From Candidatus Bathyarchaeia archaeon (GTDB lineage Archaea; Thermoproteota; Bathyarchaeia; Bathyarchaeales; Bathycorpusculaceae), in contig JBEKXL010000004.1 of NCBI GenBank assembly GCA_049512075.1, positions 32,001 to 96,000 on the forward strand: a DNA stretch of 64,000 nucleotides. Reading direction: 5' to 3'. The notes beneath the pieces are model-generated. The model worked only from the letters and a program-made list of their open reading frames with translations, did not search any database and was not told the DNA's origin. The stretch's first letter is position 1; the number at the start of each line of letters is the position of its first letter. The translations under genes were made by a program, and so were the position numbers. Positions 39,405 through 48,909 of this stretch are shown here, in pieces.

Positions 39405-40202
39405 GTGAAACCCGGCGAATACAAAATCGTAGCACACCTAATGAATGAATATCCAAAAGGCTTAACATTCACAGAACTGAAGGAGAAAACAGGCCTTTCA
39501 GCTCCATCACTCAACGAGTACCGGGTGAGCCTACTCAAAGACGGAATGATTCTGTACAATCCAGCAACGAGACAGTATTCAGTCGCAGCTGCGTATCATC
39601 CAACAGAAAAAGTGTCCACTCACCTAAAACGCAACTTGTCCTATTTGCTCAGTGACATGCCATTTGAAGGCAGTAGAATCGCAATGGTTAAGGATGTTGA
39701 ACTGCGAAAGAGGATCTTCATTAGTTTCCTGTCTTACCATTTGAGCAATGTTTCTGTGTTGGTTCTCGCTGCTATAAGTGATGCGTTGGATCAAACGCTT
39801 GGGCAAAACAAGAAGGCAAAGTATGTAGTTGAAGAAAAGCTTGAATCAGGAAAAAAGGACAAAACGAAGGAGGTGAAAGCATTCTTCAACTATTGGGAAG
39901 GCGAATTAAGTCAGTTCCATTCTGTAATGAATGATAGGATGCAAAACTGGATAATTCCATATATTCAAATGATGGCGTTAGCCGATTTTGGCAATGCAGA
40001 CTTGGGTATGAAACGGATAATTGAGGAATTGACGAAGCGGTTCAGTCCTGAAGCAGAAGAAACCACTCTTTGGTTCCGCGAACTCGAGGCACTGGACCAT
40101 GAGTTCGCAAGTAAGAATCCTGAATTTGCGGAGTTAAAAAGGCAGGCAGATGACCTTAGGAGAGAACGAGCATACGCGCATGAAAATGAAAAGAAGGAAT
40201 AG
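39405..40202 (+). CDS. N-terminal wHTH regulator, divergent from the RHH gene
   Basis: GLTFTELKEKTGLSAPSLNEYRVSLLKDGMI. Confidence 0.75.
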   Translation: MKPGEYKIVAHLMNEYPKGLTFTELKEKTGLSAPSLNEYRVSLLKDGMILYNPATRQYSVAAAYHPTEKVSTHLKRNLSYLLSDMPFEGSRIAMVKDVELRKRIFISFLSYHLSNVSVLVLAAISDALDQTLGQNKKAKYVVEEKLESGKKDKTKEVKAFFNYWEGELSQFHSVMNDRMQNWIIPYIQMMALADFGNADLGMKRIIEELTKRFSPEAEETTLWFRELEALDHEFASKNPEFAELKRQADDLRRERAYAHENEKKE

Positions 40203-40204
40203 GC

Positions 40205-40720
40205 ATGGTGTCCAAAGACGCAACGTATCGTAAGCTCTACGCCACGTGGATCAAAAAGTGGACGATGGAGTGTGCTGTGAAAGGCCTCTCAAAATCAAAG
40301 GCGAAAGAAGAGATAGACTTTCAGCTATCAAAAGAGACTCTGCGACTTGGCGCTAGTGCGCGCGCTAAATATACGATAAAGGAGACTCTGCGACTTCAAG
40401 GAGTTACAATTTACGGTTTAGAGGAAACTTACTATTGTGAGCGTTTTTTGTGCCATGAAAGGACAAACATTATGGCCTGCATGGACCGAGAACCACCTAA
40501 TGTTGGACGTATGGTTTGTCCTAAGCATTTGGAAGAGCTGAAAAGAGAGTACGTTGCCCAGAATAAACCAACGTTAGAGGAACGTGAGAATTTGCAGTCA
40601 ATGAAGAAATTAGAAGAGTCCGAAGCCAGATGGTGGTTTGAAGAAGAGGTCACTAAGAAGCTCTCATCGAAGCCTACTAATCACGGAAAGGGGCGGCGGA
40701 AAACACGCAGAAATTCCTAA
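40205..40720 (+). CDS. Hypothetical Cys/His-containing protein with internal duplication
   Basis: CERFLC...CPKH; KETLRL occurs twice, 16 aa apart. Confidence 0.55.
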   Translation: MVSKDATYRKLYATWIKKWTMECAVKGLSKSKAKEEIDFQLSKETLRLGASARAKYTIKETLRLQGVTIYGLEETYYCERFLCHERTNIMACMDREPPNVGRMVCPKHLEELKREYVAQNKPTLEERENLQSMKKLEESEARWWFEEEVTKKLSSKPTNHGKGRRKTRRNS

Positions 40721-40854
40721 GAGTGCCCTTGAGCCACGCGCTCACCCTGTTCGGACTGCGAACAAATTAAAATCGTTTACTAACCAATTATTAACCCCAC
40801 AGTTAAATTTATAAGCTCACAACACACAATAAGCTAACAAGGAGAAAAGAGAAA

Positions 40855-41133
40855 ATGAATTTGTACCTAACACTAGACGAAGAAGGAACAAAGCGCTTCC
40901 AAGCGGTCAAGAAACACACTGGCATGAAGGCCAACAAGAATGTTATGGCTTACTTAATCTACAAGGAATACAGGAGAACACAAACTGGTCACAGGTTGTT
41001 TTTGGGAAGCGAAAGCTACGCTATGGTGGAGAAGGCTGCTGAGGCTAAGGGTGAAAGCATCGAGGAGTTTGTTGAAAACCTTATCGAAAGTGAGATCAAG
41101 AAGGCTGAGGAAGGCGAGAAGCATGAAAACTGA
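40855..41133 (+). CDS. Tandem RHH-like protein
   Basis: NLYLTLDEEGTKRF...; RLFLGSESYAMVEKAAEAKGESIEEFVENLI; TTTATAA promoter-like at ~40808. Confidence 0.65.
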   Translation: MNLYLTLDEEGTKRFQAVKKHTGMKANKNVMAYLIYKEYRRTQTGHRLFLGSESYAMVEKAAEAKGESIEEFVENLIESEIKKAEEGEKHEN

Positions 41134-41410
41134 AAAGATAGAAACTGTTGACAGAACCATAACCGTCAAGTTGCCCAGGAGATTAGATGAGTACCTTCAA
41201 GGCTTGGCTAGGGCGCTTAACCGAACTGTCGAAAATATGCTCTTGGAAGATCTCTATGCCAAGCTGGAGTGTTTTTTCCAAGGTGGTTTCGCTGAGGACT
41301 GGACACTGGAGATATTAGACGGAAGTGAAGGGAAGAATCTGGAACAAGAAGTCACGGAAGTCGCAAACGTTGTATTGAATCAATCGGTTGAGAGGACCGC
41401 AATCCTCTAA
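41123..41410 (+). CDS. RHH-like protein
   Basis: ITVKLPRRLDEYLQGLARALNRTVENML; ATG 41123 overlaps the upstream gene. Confidence 0.6.
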   Translation: MKTEKIETVDRTITVKLPRRLDEYLQGLARALNRTVENMLLEDLYAKLECFFQGGFAEDWTLEILDGSEGKNLEQEVTEVANVVLNQSVERTAIL

Positions 41411-41424
41411 CTCTCTCTTTTTTT
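41411..41424 (+). terminator. Pyrimidine/oligo-T archaeal terminator
   Basis: CTCTCTCTTTTTTT directly after the stop. Confidence 0.5.
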
Positions 41425-41447
41425 GTGAATTTATGAAGGCTTAGGCC

Positions 41448-41594
41448 ATGACTGAAACAGAACTTAACGCGGATGATCGTGAGCTGGTTCGTCAAGAACT
41501 TTATTGGATAGCCTGTTATCTACGAAAGAACTATCATGCGCTCACACCTTGGATAAGAAAGCAACTGCACGAAATGATTAGCGTTTCGGTCTAG
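41448..41594 (+). CDS. 48-aa hypothetical protein
   Basis: MTETELNADDRELVRQELYWIACYLRKNYHALTPWIRKQLHEMISVSV; stop codon overlaps a GC motif. Confidence 0.4.
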   Translation: MTETELNADDRELVRQELYWIACYLRKNYHALTPWIRKQLHEMISVSV

Positions 41595-41985
41595 TGCGCG
41601 CTCTATCTATCTGTGATGTGACAAAGTTTCAGAGATTCTGCGAAAGCATCCTGACCTAGTAAACCTTGAAGCATATAAGAAAACCATGCATGAAGCGATA
41701 GATGAATTTTAGGAGATAATTGTTATGGTTGAACATAGCGCGCACTCTGTTTATCATCTAGTTAAAAGCCCTGCGAGTCATTTTATATATGGAAAGGATT
41801 AAATATTGTTTCTATATTCACAACTTATTTAAGCCAAATCAGAACAAGCAAAACCAATAACGAGAAAGATGTGCAATTATGCACGTAGTGAATAGAGAAA
41901 ACCTCTATGCATACATAAATAAGGTACTGGACACTCAACATCAATGGTAAGGTTGGGTATTTTGTTTGTTGAAGGGTGATGAAAA

Positions 41986-42231
41986 ATGACTGAATTATTG
42001 TCTCTTAAAGAAGCACCTATAACCTTCAAAATGAAGTTGATTCAAGAGCTAGGATATGAATCCGATGGAACGTATGTTTTGAACAAAGACGGGACAAGAT
42101 GCCTAGATAGATACACGCAAGAACCTATACAACTAGATAACATGGTAATTCTTCCTGGAAGCGCAATAATACTTGATGACAATGAGTTGAGTATCCTCTG
42201 TTATTTAGAGGAATTTGGAGATGTCCTCTAA
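41986..42231 (+). CDS. Hypothetical cargo protein (AT-rich)
   Basis: GGGTGA RBS; acidic 81 aa; overlaps the next gene. Confidence 0.65.
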   Translation: MTELLSLKEAPITFKMKLIQELGYESDGTYVLNKDGTRCLDRYTQEPIQLDNMVILPGSAIILDDNELSILCYLEEFGDVL

Positions 42232-42913
42232 AGACCCTCTAAAGAGTGCTGTTGAGGGCGCGGTCAAAGGTGCTCTTGAATATCTTGATGACAAGATAAC
42301 TGGTTACATTACAAAACTTAGTAATAGAGAACTTGCTTTCATTGGAGAAGCTCAAACAATAAAGACTGCGAAAGACTCGAAAAATGCGTCAGAATACAAG
42401 TTTTTCAAACAATACATTGACAACCCTAATTACCGTGTTCAGTTTCTATTAGGGTTAACATTGAGAAAATTTGAGAAAGATAACAAACGCCTCACCCGTT
42501 TGAGAGACAAAATACTACGCAAATATGGTGAGAAAGGACTCCATGTTGCTCAGTTCGTTCAGAATGGGCTTGTTAACAATTACTTTGGAAATGTCCTTGA
42601 GACTTCGACGATTAACCCGGAAGATTTGACGATTGAAATCGAGAAGTTATTCGATAACATAGAGAACATAGTTAACTACATTGAACAATTTGACAATGTG
42701 GACAAAAAGGTCAAAGAGATAGCGACCAAGATAAACGCTTTCTCGCCAAAAACATACATTATCTGCAGTTCAAAATTTGCGATGGAACAAGGGCAGAAAG
42801 TTCTAAAGGGAGTGCAGAAAGAAATCCAAAACTATGAGGTTGAGCTATACAAGACAGACATTAAAGAAGTTTACTTTTTGAGGAGAACCCCGCCTAAGAC
42901 ATCTAGTCATTAG
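42215..42913 (+). CDS. Hypothetical cargo protein (AT-rich)
   Basis: 232-aa clean ORF with visibly AT-rich codon usage. Confidence 0.7.
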   Translation: MEMSSKDPLKSAVEGAVKGALEYLDDKITGYITKLSNRELAFIGEAQTIKTAKDSKNASEYKFFKQYIDNPNYRVQFLLGLTLRKFEKDNKRLTRLRDKILRKYGEKGLHVAQFVQNGLVNNYFGNVLETSTINPEDLTIEIEKLFDNIENIVNYIEQFDNVDKKVKEIATKINAFSPKTYIICSSKFAMEQGQKVLKGVQKEIQNYEVELYKTDIKEVYFLRRTPPKTSSH

Positions 42914-43046
42914 AAAACGAGGAAGTTAGCGCGAGTTAGTGCAAGAGCCATGGATGTGAGGCACTGCTTCTTAGCAGAAAAGCCTAGCCTAAACCACTCA
43001 AACTATGCCACTCGTGCTGGTGGTCGGTGTGATCTACACACTGGCT

Positions 43047-43319
43047 CTATCCAACCCACTCGCGTTTTCCAGCTTGGTTGAGTCTAGTATAGGTTTTAGG
43101 TGTCTGGTCTAGCATCTTTGAAATGGTGTTTGCGGTTCTCAGCATACGCCGACTTGCCCTATCTAAGAACCTGCTTGATCCAGGCAGTCGAACACAGTCA
43201 ATCATTCCACTGGCCTGTTCAAACAAGACGCGGTAAGCGTTCAAGACTGCACGTTCAAAAACCCTTTCAAACTTGGGCTTTTTTCTGCTTCTCATTCTGT
43301 TCACCACTTTCCTGTTCAA
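43047..43319 (-). CDS. Small basic hypothetical protein downstream of the integrase
   Basis: Overlaps the integrase stop. Confidence 0.45.
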   Translation of the reverse strand: MNRKVVNRMRSRKKPKFERVFERAVLNAYRVLFEQASGMIDCVRLPGSSRFLDRASRRMLRTANTISKMLDQTPKTYTRLNQAGKREWVG

Positions 43320-44533
43320 TCTACCGTCTTCCGTATTTCCTGAACTGTCCTTTCAATGTCTCCGAGTTTCCTTTCAACCGCCTGCATCCTACCCTTTAGG
43401 TCCATGTTCTCAGTCACAAGCGAGTTAACCAAAACCTGAAGCTGCTTGTTCTGCTGTTCCATTTCGCCTTTGAGCTTCTCTCTGAGTTCTTCAACGTCAA
43501 CCTTGGGCGTACTAATCGAAACAAGCTTCTCTCTGGCTAGATACATCTGTTTCAAAGATTCGAATTGCACGGACTTGTAGGCTTCGTTTAAGGCTCCTAC
43601 TTCATGGCCTAGCCAGAAGTCAACCACGCTGTCCGGAACGCCTGAGTTAGCCATTATTGAACCGAAGGATTCACGCAGAGCATGTGGTCCCAATGGGTTG
43701 TGGCTGTTTCCGTTGTTCGTTTTGTCTATGAATCCGCTTTTCAAAGTCACTTCCCTGAGCATGTCCTGCACGTTGGCGGTTCTAATGCCTTCTCTTCCTC
43801 GGTCTTGAAGGAACAATGGGTCGTTAGGCGTGAGCTGTATGTCTCTTGATTTCAAGTCCGCCAAGTAAGCTCGCAATGCTTCTGTTGCGTCTTTGCCTAT
43901 GAATGTGTAGAATGGAACGCCTGTCTTAGGCCTCTGAAGGTCAAGCTTCAATGGGTGTTCATTCTTTGCTAATCCTTGAGCCACGTCTTTGTATCTCAGA
44001 CTGCACAAGGTCGAAACGTCTAATCCACCTTGGAAGTGTACGAGAATGATGGCTCTGTCTCTTGGTGTTCTAGCATGGTCAACCAAAACTTTGACTTGCT
44101 CCGCCCCAACAATCATCCGCTTGTTTTCTGTTCTTGGCCTTGGAAGTCTCTGTCTTCCCCTCATGTTGACTGTTAACTCATAGGTCTGATAGAAACTTCG
44201 TATAGCTGAAACGAACAGGTGAGCTAGGTTATCTGATAATCCTTTGCCAACAATCCGATGTTCGCCTTGGCCTCTCGACTTCTTTTCATAATCCTTCTTG
44301 AGCCATCCGTAGAAGCCTAGTATCCTAGTCAAGAGAACGTCCTGCTTCTGTCTAGGGTCGTGCTTTGAATCTTCTATGGCTTCGTCAATAAGCTGCGAAG
44401 GCGTTAGGCCAGTGTATAAGGTGTAGGCTCTGAATGCTGTCTTGTAGTTGGCCTTTGTTCCCGGCTTACTTATCGTTCCCAGCCAACGTTTCAAAACTGG
44501 GTCTTCCCAACTGACTGTATCCGCTTTCACCAT
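43316..44533 (-). CDS. int: Tyrosine recombinase/integrase with C-terminal coiled coil
   Basis: SAM-like N-domain, RDRAII, RPKT, HALR, LGH, EAY. The first catalytic Arg position reads GGLDVS rather than GxR, as in a group of archaeal integrases. Confidence 0.88.
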   Translation of the reverse strand: MVKADTVSWEDPVLKRWLGTISKPGTKANYKTAFRAYTLYTGLTPSQLIDEAIEDSKHDPRQKQDVLLTRILGFYGWLKKDYEKKSRGQGEHRIVGKGLSDNLAHLFVSAIRSFYQTYELTVNMRGRQRLPRPRTENKRMIVGAEQVKVLVDHARTPRDRAIILVHFQGGLDVSTLCSLRYKDVAQGLAKNEHPLKLDLQRPKTGVPFYTFIGKDATEALRAYLADLKSRDIQLTPNDPLFLQDRGREGIRTANVQDMLREVTLKSGFIDKTNNGNSHNPLGPHALRESFGSIMANSGVPDSVVDFWLGHEVGALNEAYKSVQFESLKQMYLAREKLVSISTPKVDVEELREKLKGEMEQQNKQLQVLVNSLVTENMDLKGRMQAVERKLGDIERTVQEIRKTVD

Positions 44534-44591
44534 ACATCACATCCGCCTTTCGTATGTGTAAATAACTAAAGGCAGAAGTCATATATAAAAC

Positions 44592-46022
44592 TTAGCTTGT
44601 AGGCTTACTAAATCTCCATTTGACGCCTTGAGAAGTGTCCTCAATCAATATGCCCATGGCCTTGAGCCGTTGCCTAATCTCATCAGCCGTCTTCCAATCT
44701 TTCGCCCTTCTTGCTTCTTCCCTTTTCAGAATAAGCTCCTCAGCCTCTCTTGGCAACTTTTCTTCCTTTTTGATTTCACCTATGACGCCCAAAACCTTGT
44801 CAAACTCGAGCATTGTGTCGTAAACTTCCTTTGCTTCCTCTCTGCTCAGCATGTTTCCATCAATAAGATTGTTGACGTCTCTGATGAAATCAAAGAGTGC
44901 AGCCAAGGCCACGCTTATGTTTAAGTCATCGTCCATGGCTTCCTCAAAACCATTTTGCACCCGGACAGTCAGCTGTTTGAGCTGGTCCCCGCTGCCCTTG
45001 CCGTCAGCGTCCAGCAGGCGGTGTACGAAGTTTGTCAGTCGGTCTAGAGTGTTCCTTGCAGCTTCCAGACCTTCGAAGGTGAAGTTGACCTGCTGCCTGT
45101 AATGCGTTGCGAGGAGGAGATATCGTATGGCCTTCGGGTCATAACCCTTGGCTGTTAAATCCCGTACAGTATAGTAGTTGCCCAGGCTCTTCGCCATTCT
45201 TCTGCCTTCTATGAGCAAGTGCTCGTTGTGAAGCCAGTAGTTTACGAATTTCTTGCCTGTGGCAGCTTCGCTTTGGGCAATCTCGTTTTCGTGATGTGGG
45301 AAGAGGTTGTCCGCACCGCCGCAGTGAATATCCAGTGTTTCACCGAGGTATTTCATTGACATGGCTGAGCATTCAATGTGCCATCCGGGTCTTCCCTTTC
45401 CAAACGGCGTCTCCCAGAAGACATCTCCATCCTCTTCGCTCCACGCCTTCCATAAGGCGAAATCTTGCGCCTGCTCCTTGGCGTACTCGTCAACCTTCAC
45501 TCTTGCGCCGAGCTTTAGGTTTTCGACCTTGATGTTTGCAAGCTTCCCATAGTCCTTGAACTTTGAAATGTCATAGTATATCGAACCGTCTTCACCCTTG
45601 TACGCGTAGCCTTTCTCCATCAACTTCGTGATCAGAGCCACCATCTCTGGCACATGCTCGGTCGCCTTCGGATAAAACTCTGCCTTTTCAATGTTCAACG
45701 TCGCAACATCCTCAAAGAAAGCCCTCGTGTAACGTTCTGTGTATTCCTTGAGCGGCACTCCATTCTTCCTGGAAGCCTTAATCGCCTTGTCATCGACATC
45801 CGTCAGGTTCATGACCTGAGTGACCTTGAAACCGCGATACTCAAGCCACCTCCTCAGCAGATCTTCGAAAATGAACGCTCGATAGTTCCCTATGTGTCCA
45901 TAATCGTAAACAGTAAGCCCACACGTGTACATCTTGACCTTTCCTTTTTCGAGGGGAATGAACTTTCCCTTCTCACGTGCCAGACTATTGAAAAACCGAA
46001 TATTGCCGGGTCGAGATTCCAT
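44592..46022 (-). CDS. cysS: Cysteine--tRNA ligase (C-terminus FSKPTS supplied by the element)
   Basis: CGLTVYD..HIGN, DFALWK, GRPGWHIECS, FPHHENE, MAKSLGN. Confidence 0.97.
   Translation of the reverse strand: MESRPGNIRFFNSLAREKGKFIPLEKGKVKMYTCGLTVYDYGHIGNYRAFIFEDLLRRWLEYRGFKVTQVMNLTDVDDKAIKASRKNGVPLKEYTERYTRAFFEDVATLNIEKAEFYPKATEHVPEMVALITKLMEKGYAYKGEDGSIYYDISKFKDYGKLANIKVENLKLGARVKVDEYAKEQAQDFALWKAWSEEDGDVFWETPFGKGRPGWHIECSAMSMKYLGETLDIHCGGADNLFPHHENEIAQSEAATGKKFVNYWLHNEHLLIEGRRMAKSLGNYYTVRDLTAKGYDPKAIRYLLLATHYRQQVNFTFEGLEAARNTLDRLTNFVHRLLDADGKGSGDQLKQLTVRVQNGFEEAMDDDLNISVALAALFDFIRDVNNLIDGNMLSREEAKEVYDTMLEFDKVLGVIGEIKKEEKLPREAEELILKREEARRAKDWKTADEIRQRLKAMGILIEDTSQGVKWRFSKPTS
44613..44621. 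other. att core inside cysS (TCTCCATTT)
   Basis: Identical to 33672-33680; encodes KWR of cysS. Confidence 0.8.
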
Positions 46023-46246
46023 GAACTTCCCAAGAAACTAACAATCAAACATACTTAAGCATTTTACGCCAGAGCCTCAGACTTCCGCCCTTGCTAATCA
46101 AAGCGATAGCACCCATTGTGACAGTCTGAAACAAGCAGCAGCCTACTGAAGACTCGCCCACGCACACCAGTTCACATGCACAGGTACAATGATATACTCC
46201 AACGCCAATAGGACGAGGTAGCTAGCCAAGCTTCTTAGCGCGCGCA

Positions 46247-46513
46247 CAATATCACAAACTGAACAAGGGTAGAGGCAGAATGAGCGGACAGGTGAGAATC
46301 CGAATAAGATATGAGATGTACATAGGCAAATGGTTTGACTACTTAATGGTCTCAAGACAAGAGATGGAACAGATTCTACTAGAGACAGGATGGAAGATTA
46401 GGGAATTTCTGAACTCTGGAGGCCCACACTACACAGCGATCATCACGAAGATTCGCACGCCCTTATGGTGTTTAGCACTATTCCGAATAGTTTTTCAAGG
46501 GTTATATGCTTAG
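46247..46513 (+). pseudogene. C-terminal remnant of a class I SAM-dependent methyltransferase
   Basis: QYHKLNKGRGRMSGQVRIRIRY....WFDYLMVS..EM..IL..TGW is a recognisable C-terminal motif; no SAM-binding N-terminus upstream. Confidence 0.6.
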
Positions 46514-46537
46514 AAGCAGTAGTATCCTGTCAAAGGT

Positions 46538-47008
46538 GTGCTGCGGTTGTTCAGTAAAATACTAGTTCCATTAGACGGGTCTGAACATTCTTTGAAGGCG
46601 TTGGAAGAGGCAGCTCAGATAGCGAAGAAATTCTCTGGAAATATAACGTTGATACACGTGTACTCCGTGCAGCCTATCATGATGCCAGAGCCATCTACCG
46701 TAGGTTCGCTAAGCATTCCAATCATAACAGGCGCTGAGGTTTCCACAATGATTGAAGCGGCTAAGAAGCTGGGAAACAGGATTCTGGAAGACGGCGAACA
46801 AAGGATCAAGACCTCGGGGCTTCAAGTCGAAAAGATGCTCGTGGAAGGGCACGCCGTTGAAGAAATCGTGAGGGTGGCGAATCAAGGCAGTTTTGATCTA
46901 ATCGTGATAGGTGCTAGAGGTGTAAGCCACATGAGAGAGATGCTTCTGGGAAGCGTAACTGATGGAGTGATGCATCATGTGCGCTGTCCGGTACTAGTGA
47001 TGAAATAG
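46538..47008 (+). CDS. Universal stress protein
   Basis: ILVPLDGS, DLIVIGARG, LGSVT, CPVLV. Confidence 0.93.
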   Translation: MLRLFSKILVPLDGSEHSLKALEEAAQIAKKFSGNITLIHVYSVQPIMMPEPSTVGSLSIPIITGAEVSTMIEAAKKLGNRILEDGEQRIKTSGLQVEKMLVEGHAVEEIVRVANQGSFDLIVIGARGVSHMREMLLGSVTDGVMHHVRCPVLVMK

Positions 47009-47242
47009 CAGTATTTCCCAAGGACTGTTGGATCTCTCTAACTTGGCCTTTCTGATGAAGGCACAGTGAAAGCAGGCTGCACTTTTTCCACGTTGAACCG
47101 ACGCGTCAAACCCTACCGTGCACGTTGGCATCTAATCTTAATGGGCCCACCTGTCAACGTGCCAAGTCTAATATCCTTCTGGAAAACCTTTTAACGCAAC
47201 AGAGGGCAAACTATTCCTCTACTTCAAGAAGGGGGGAATGTT

Positions 47243-48109
47243 TTGACCGAAATCAAGAAAGTTGCAGTCTTAGGCGCGGGCCTGATGGGGCATGGCATTG
47301 CTCAGGTAGCCGCTCAAACGGGCAAGTACGAGGTGAACCTCAGGGACATCGAACAGCGGTTCATCGACGGAGGTATGGGCATGATTCGGGAGAGTCTTCA
47401 ACGATTTGTCAAAAAAGGAATGCTCACCGAGTTAGACGTGAACGCCATACTCGCAAGGATTCATCCCATGTTGGACTTGGAACAAGCTGTTTGTGACGCT
47501 GACCTGATAATCGAGGCCGTGCCTGAAAACGTTGAGCTAAAAAAGACAATGTCCCGTGAAGTGGACAGTTGCGCTCCGGCCCACGCCATAATCGCCTCCA
47601 ACACGTCCTCTGTAAGCATAACAGAAATAGCCTCATCCACAAAACGACCGGAAAAAGTGTGCGGAATGCACTTCTTCAACCCTCCGCAACTCATGAAACT
47701 CATAGAAGTCATCAGAGGGGCAAAAACCTCAGACGAGACTATCCAAACAGTCCTAGACGTTGCACACAGGATGGAAAAGGAAACCGTTCTCGTCAAGAAA
47801 GACTGTCCTGGGTTCATAGTGAACCGCATACTCATCCCCGCACTCAACGAAGCCGTGGCGATTTATTGGGAAGGCATCGCAGACAGGGACGACATAGACA
47901 AAGCCATAAAGCTCGGACTGAACTGGCCAATGGGCCCACTCATGCTGCTCGACTACATAGGCTCAGACACCACACTGGCCATAGCCGAAGTCCTCACGCG
48001 AGAACTCGATCCCAAGTTCCATCCAACCAACGGACTTAAACAAATGGCAAGAGCCCAACTCCTCGGCAGAAAAACCGGCAAAGGCTTCTACGACTGGACA
48101 CAAAAATAG
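47243..48109 (+). CDS. hbd: 3-hydroxyacyl(butyryl)-CoA dehydrogenase
   Basis: GAGLMGHG, SNTSS, GMHFFNPP, PGFIVNR, PMGP, GRKTGKGFY. Confidence 0.92.
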   Translation: MTEIKKVAVLGAGLMGHGIAQVAAQTGKYEVNLRDIEQRFIDGGMGMIRESLQRFVKKGMLTELDVNAILARIHPMLDLEQAVCDADLIIEAVPENVELKKTMSREVDSCAPAHAIIASNTSSVSITEIASSTKRPEKVCGMHFFNPPQLMKLIEVIRGAKTSDETIQTVLDVAHRMEKETVLVKKDCPGFIVNRILIPALNEAVAIYWEGIADRDDIDKAIKLGLNWPMGPLMLLDYIGSDTTLAIAEVLTRELDPKFHPTNGLKQMARAQLLGRKTGKGFYDWTQK

Positions 48110-48126
48110 AGGAAGGCAAGGCCACG

Positions 48127-48909
48127 ATGGACTTCAAGTACATAATCTACGAAAAAAGCGAAGGAATCGCCACAATCACCCTGAACCGCCCTGAAGCACT
48201 GAACGCCTTCAGCAAAGAAGTCGTGGAGGAAATCCTGCAGGCACTCGAAGACGTCAAAAACGATGAAAACGTTCGCGTCGTGGTGCTGACAGGAGCCGGC
48301 GAAAAAGCGTTCTCAGCAGGCGCCGACATAAAAGCCATGGCAGGAATGACAGCCCTCAAAGCCCGAGAACTCTCTCTTATGGGAGAAAAACTCTGTCTCG
48401 CCCTCGAAAACCTGGAAAAACCGGTTATCGCGGCCTTGAACGGTTACGCCTTGGGCGGAGGCTTGGAAGTCGCCATGTCATGCGACCTCCGCGTCGCTTC
48501 AGAAAACGCCCGCATGGGACAAACAGAAATCAACATAGGCCTAATCCCCGGATGGGGCGGAACCCAGAGACTCACACGCTTGATTGGCCGGGCAAAGGCG
48601 AAAGAACTCGTCTTCACAGGCAGAATGATTGACGCAAAGACAGCAGAACAACTCGGCATAATAAACATGGTAGCCCCCGCCGACAAGTTCAAGGAAACAG
48701 TCAGACAGTTTGCTCTGGAACTCGCGTCCAAGGCTCCAGTAGCGGTCAGAGTCGCCAAAGCCCTAATCAACAAAGGCGCAGACATAGGTTTGGACTCGGC
48801 ACTGGCGCTAGAACGGGAAGGCTTCGGCGTTGTCGCATCCACAGAAGACCTGAAAGAAGGCGTCTCAGCCTTCACCGAAAAGAGAAAACCGGTCTTTAAA
48901 GGCAAGTAG
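48127..48909 (+). CDS. crt: Enoyl-CoA hydratase (crotonase)
   Basis: AFSAGADI, ALGGGLE, GQTEINIGLIPGWGGTQRL. Confidence 0.92.
   Translation: MDFKYIIYEKSEGIATITLNRPEALNAFSKEVVEEILQALEDVKNDENVRVVVLTGAGEKAFSAGADIKAMAGMTALKARELSLMGEKLCLALENLEKPVIAALNGYALGGGLEVAMSCDLRVASENARMGQTEINIGLIPGWGGTQRLTRLIGRAKAKELVFTGRMIDAKTAEQLGIINMVAPADKFKETVRQFALELASKAPVAVRVAKALINKGADIGLDSALALEREGFGVVASTEDLKEGVSAFTEKRKPVFKGK

Larger units (their letters stand above)
33672..44621. mobile_element. ~10.9-kb integrated element (plasmid/satellite-like) inserted in the cysS 3' end
   Basis: Terminal tyrosine integrase, 9-bp direct repeats, primase-helicase, several RHH/wHTH genes, P-loop ATPase, many short unknown ORFs. Confidence 0.88.
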
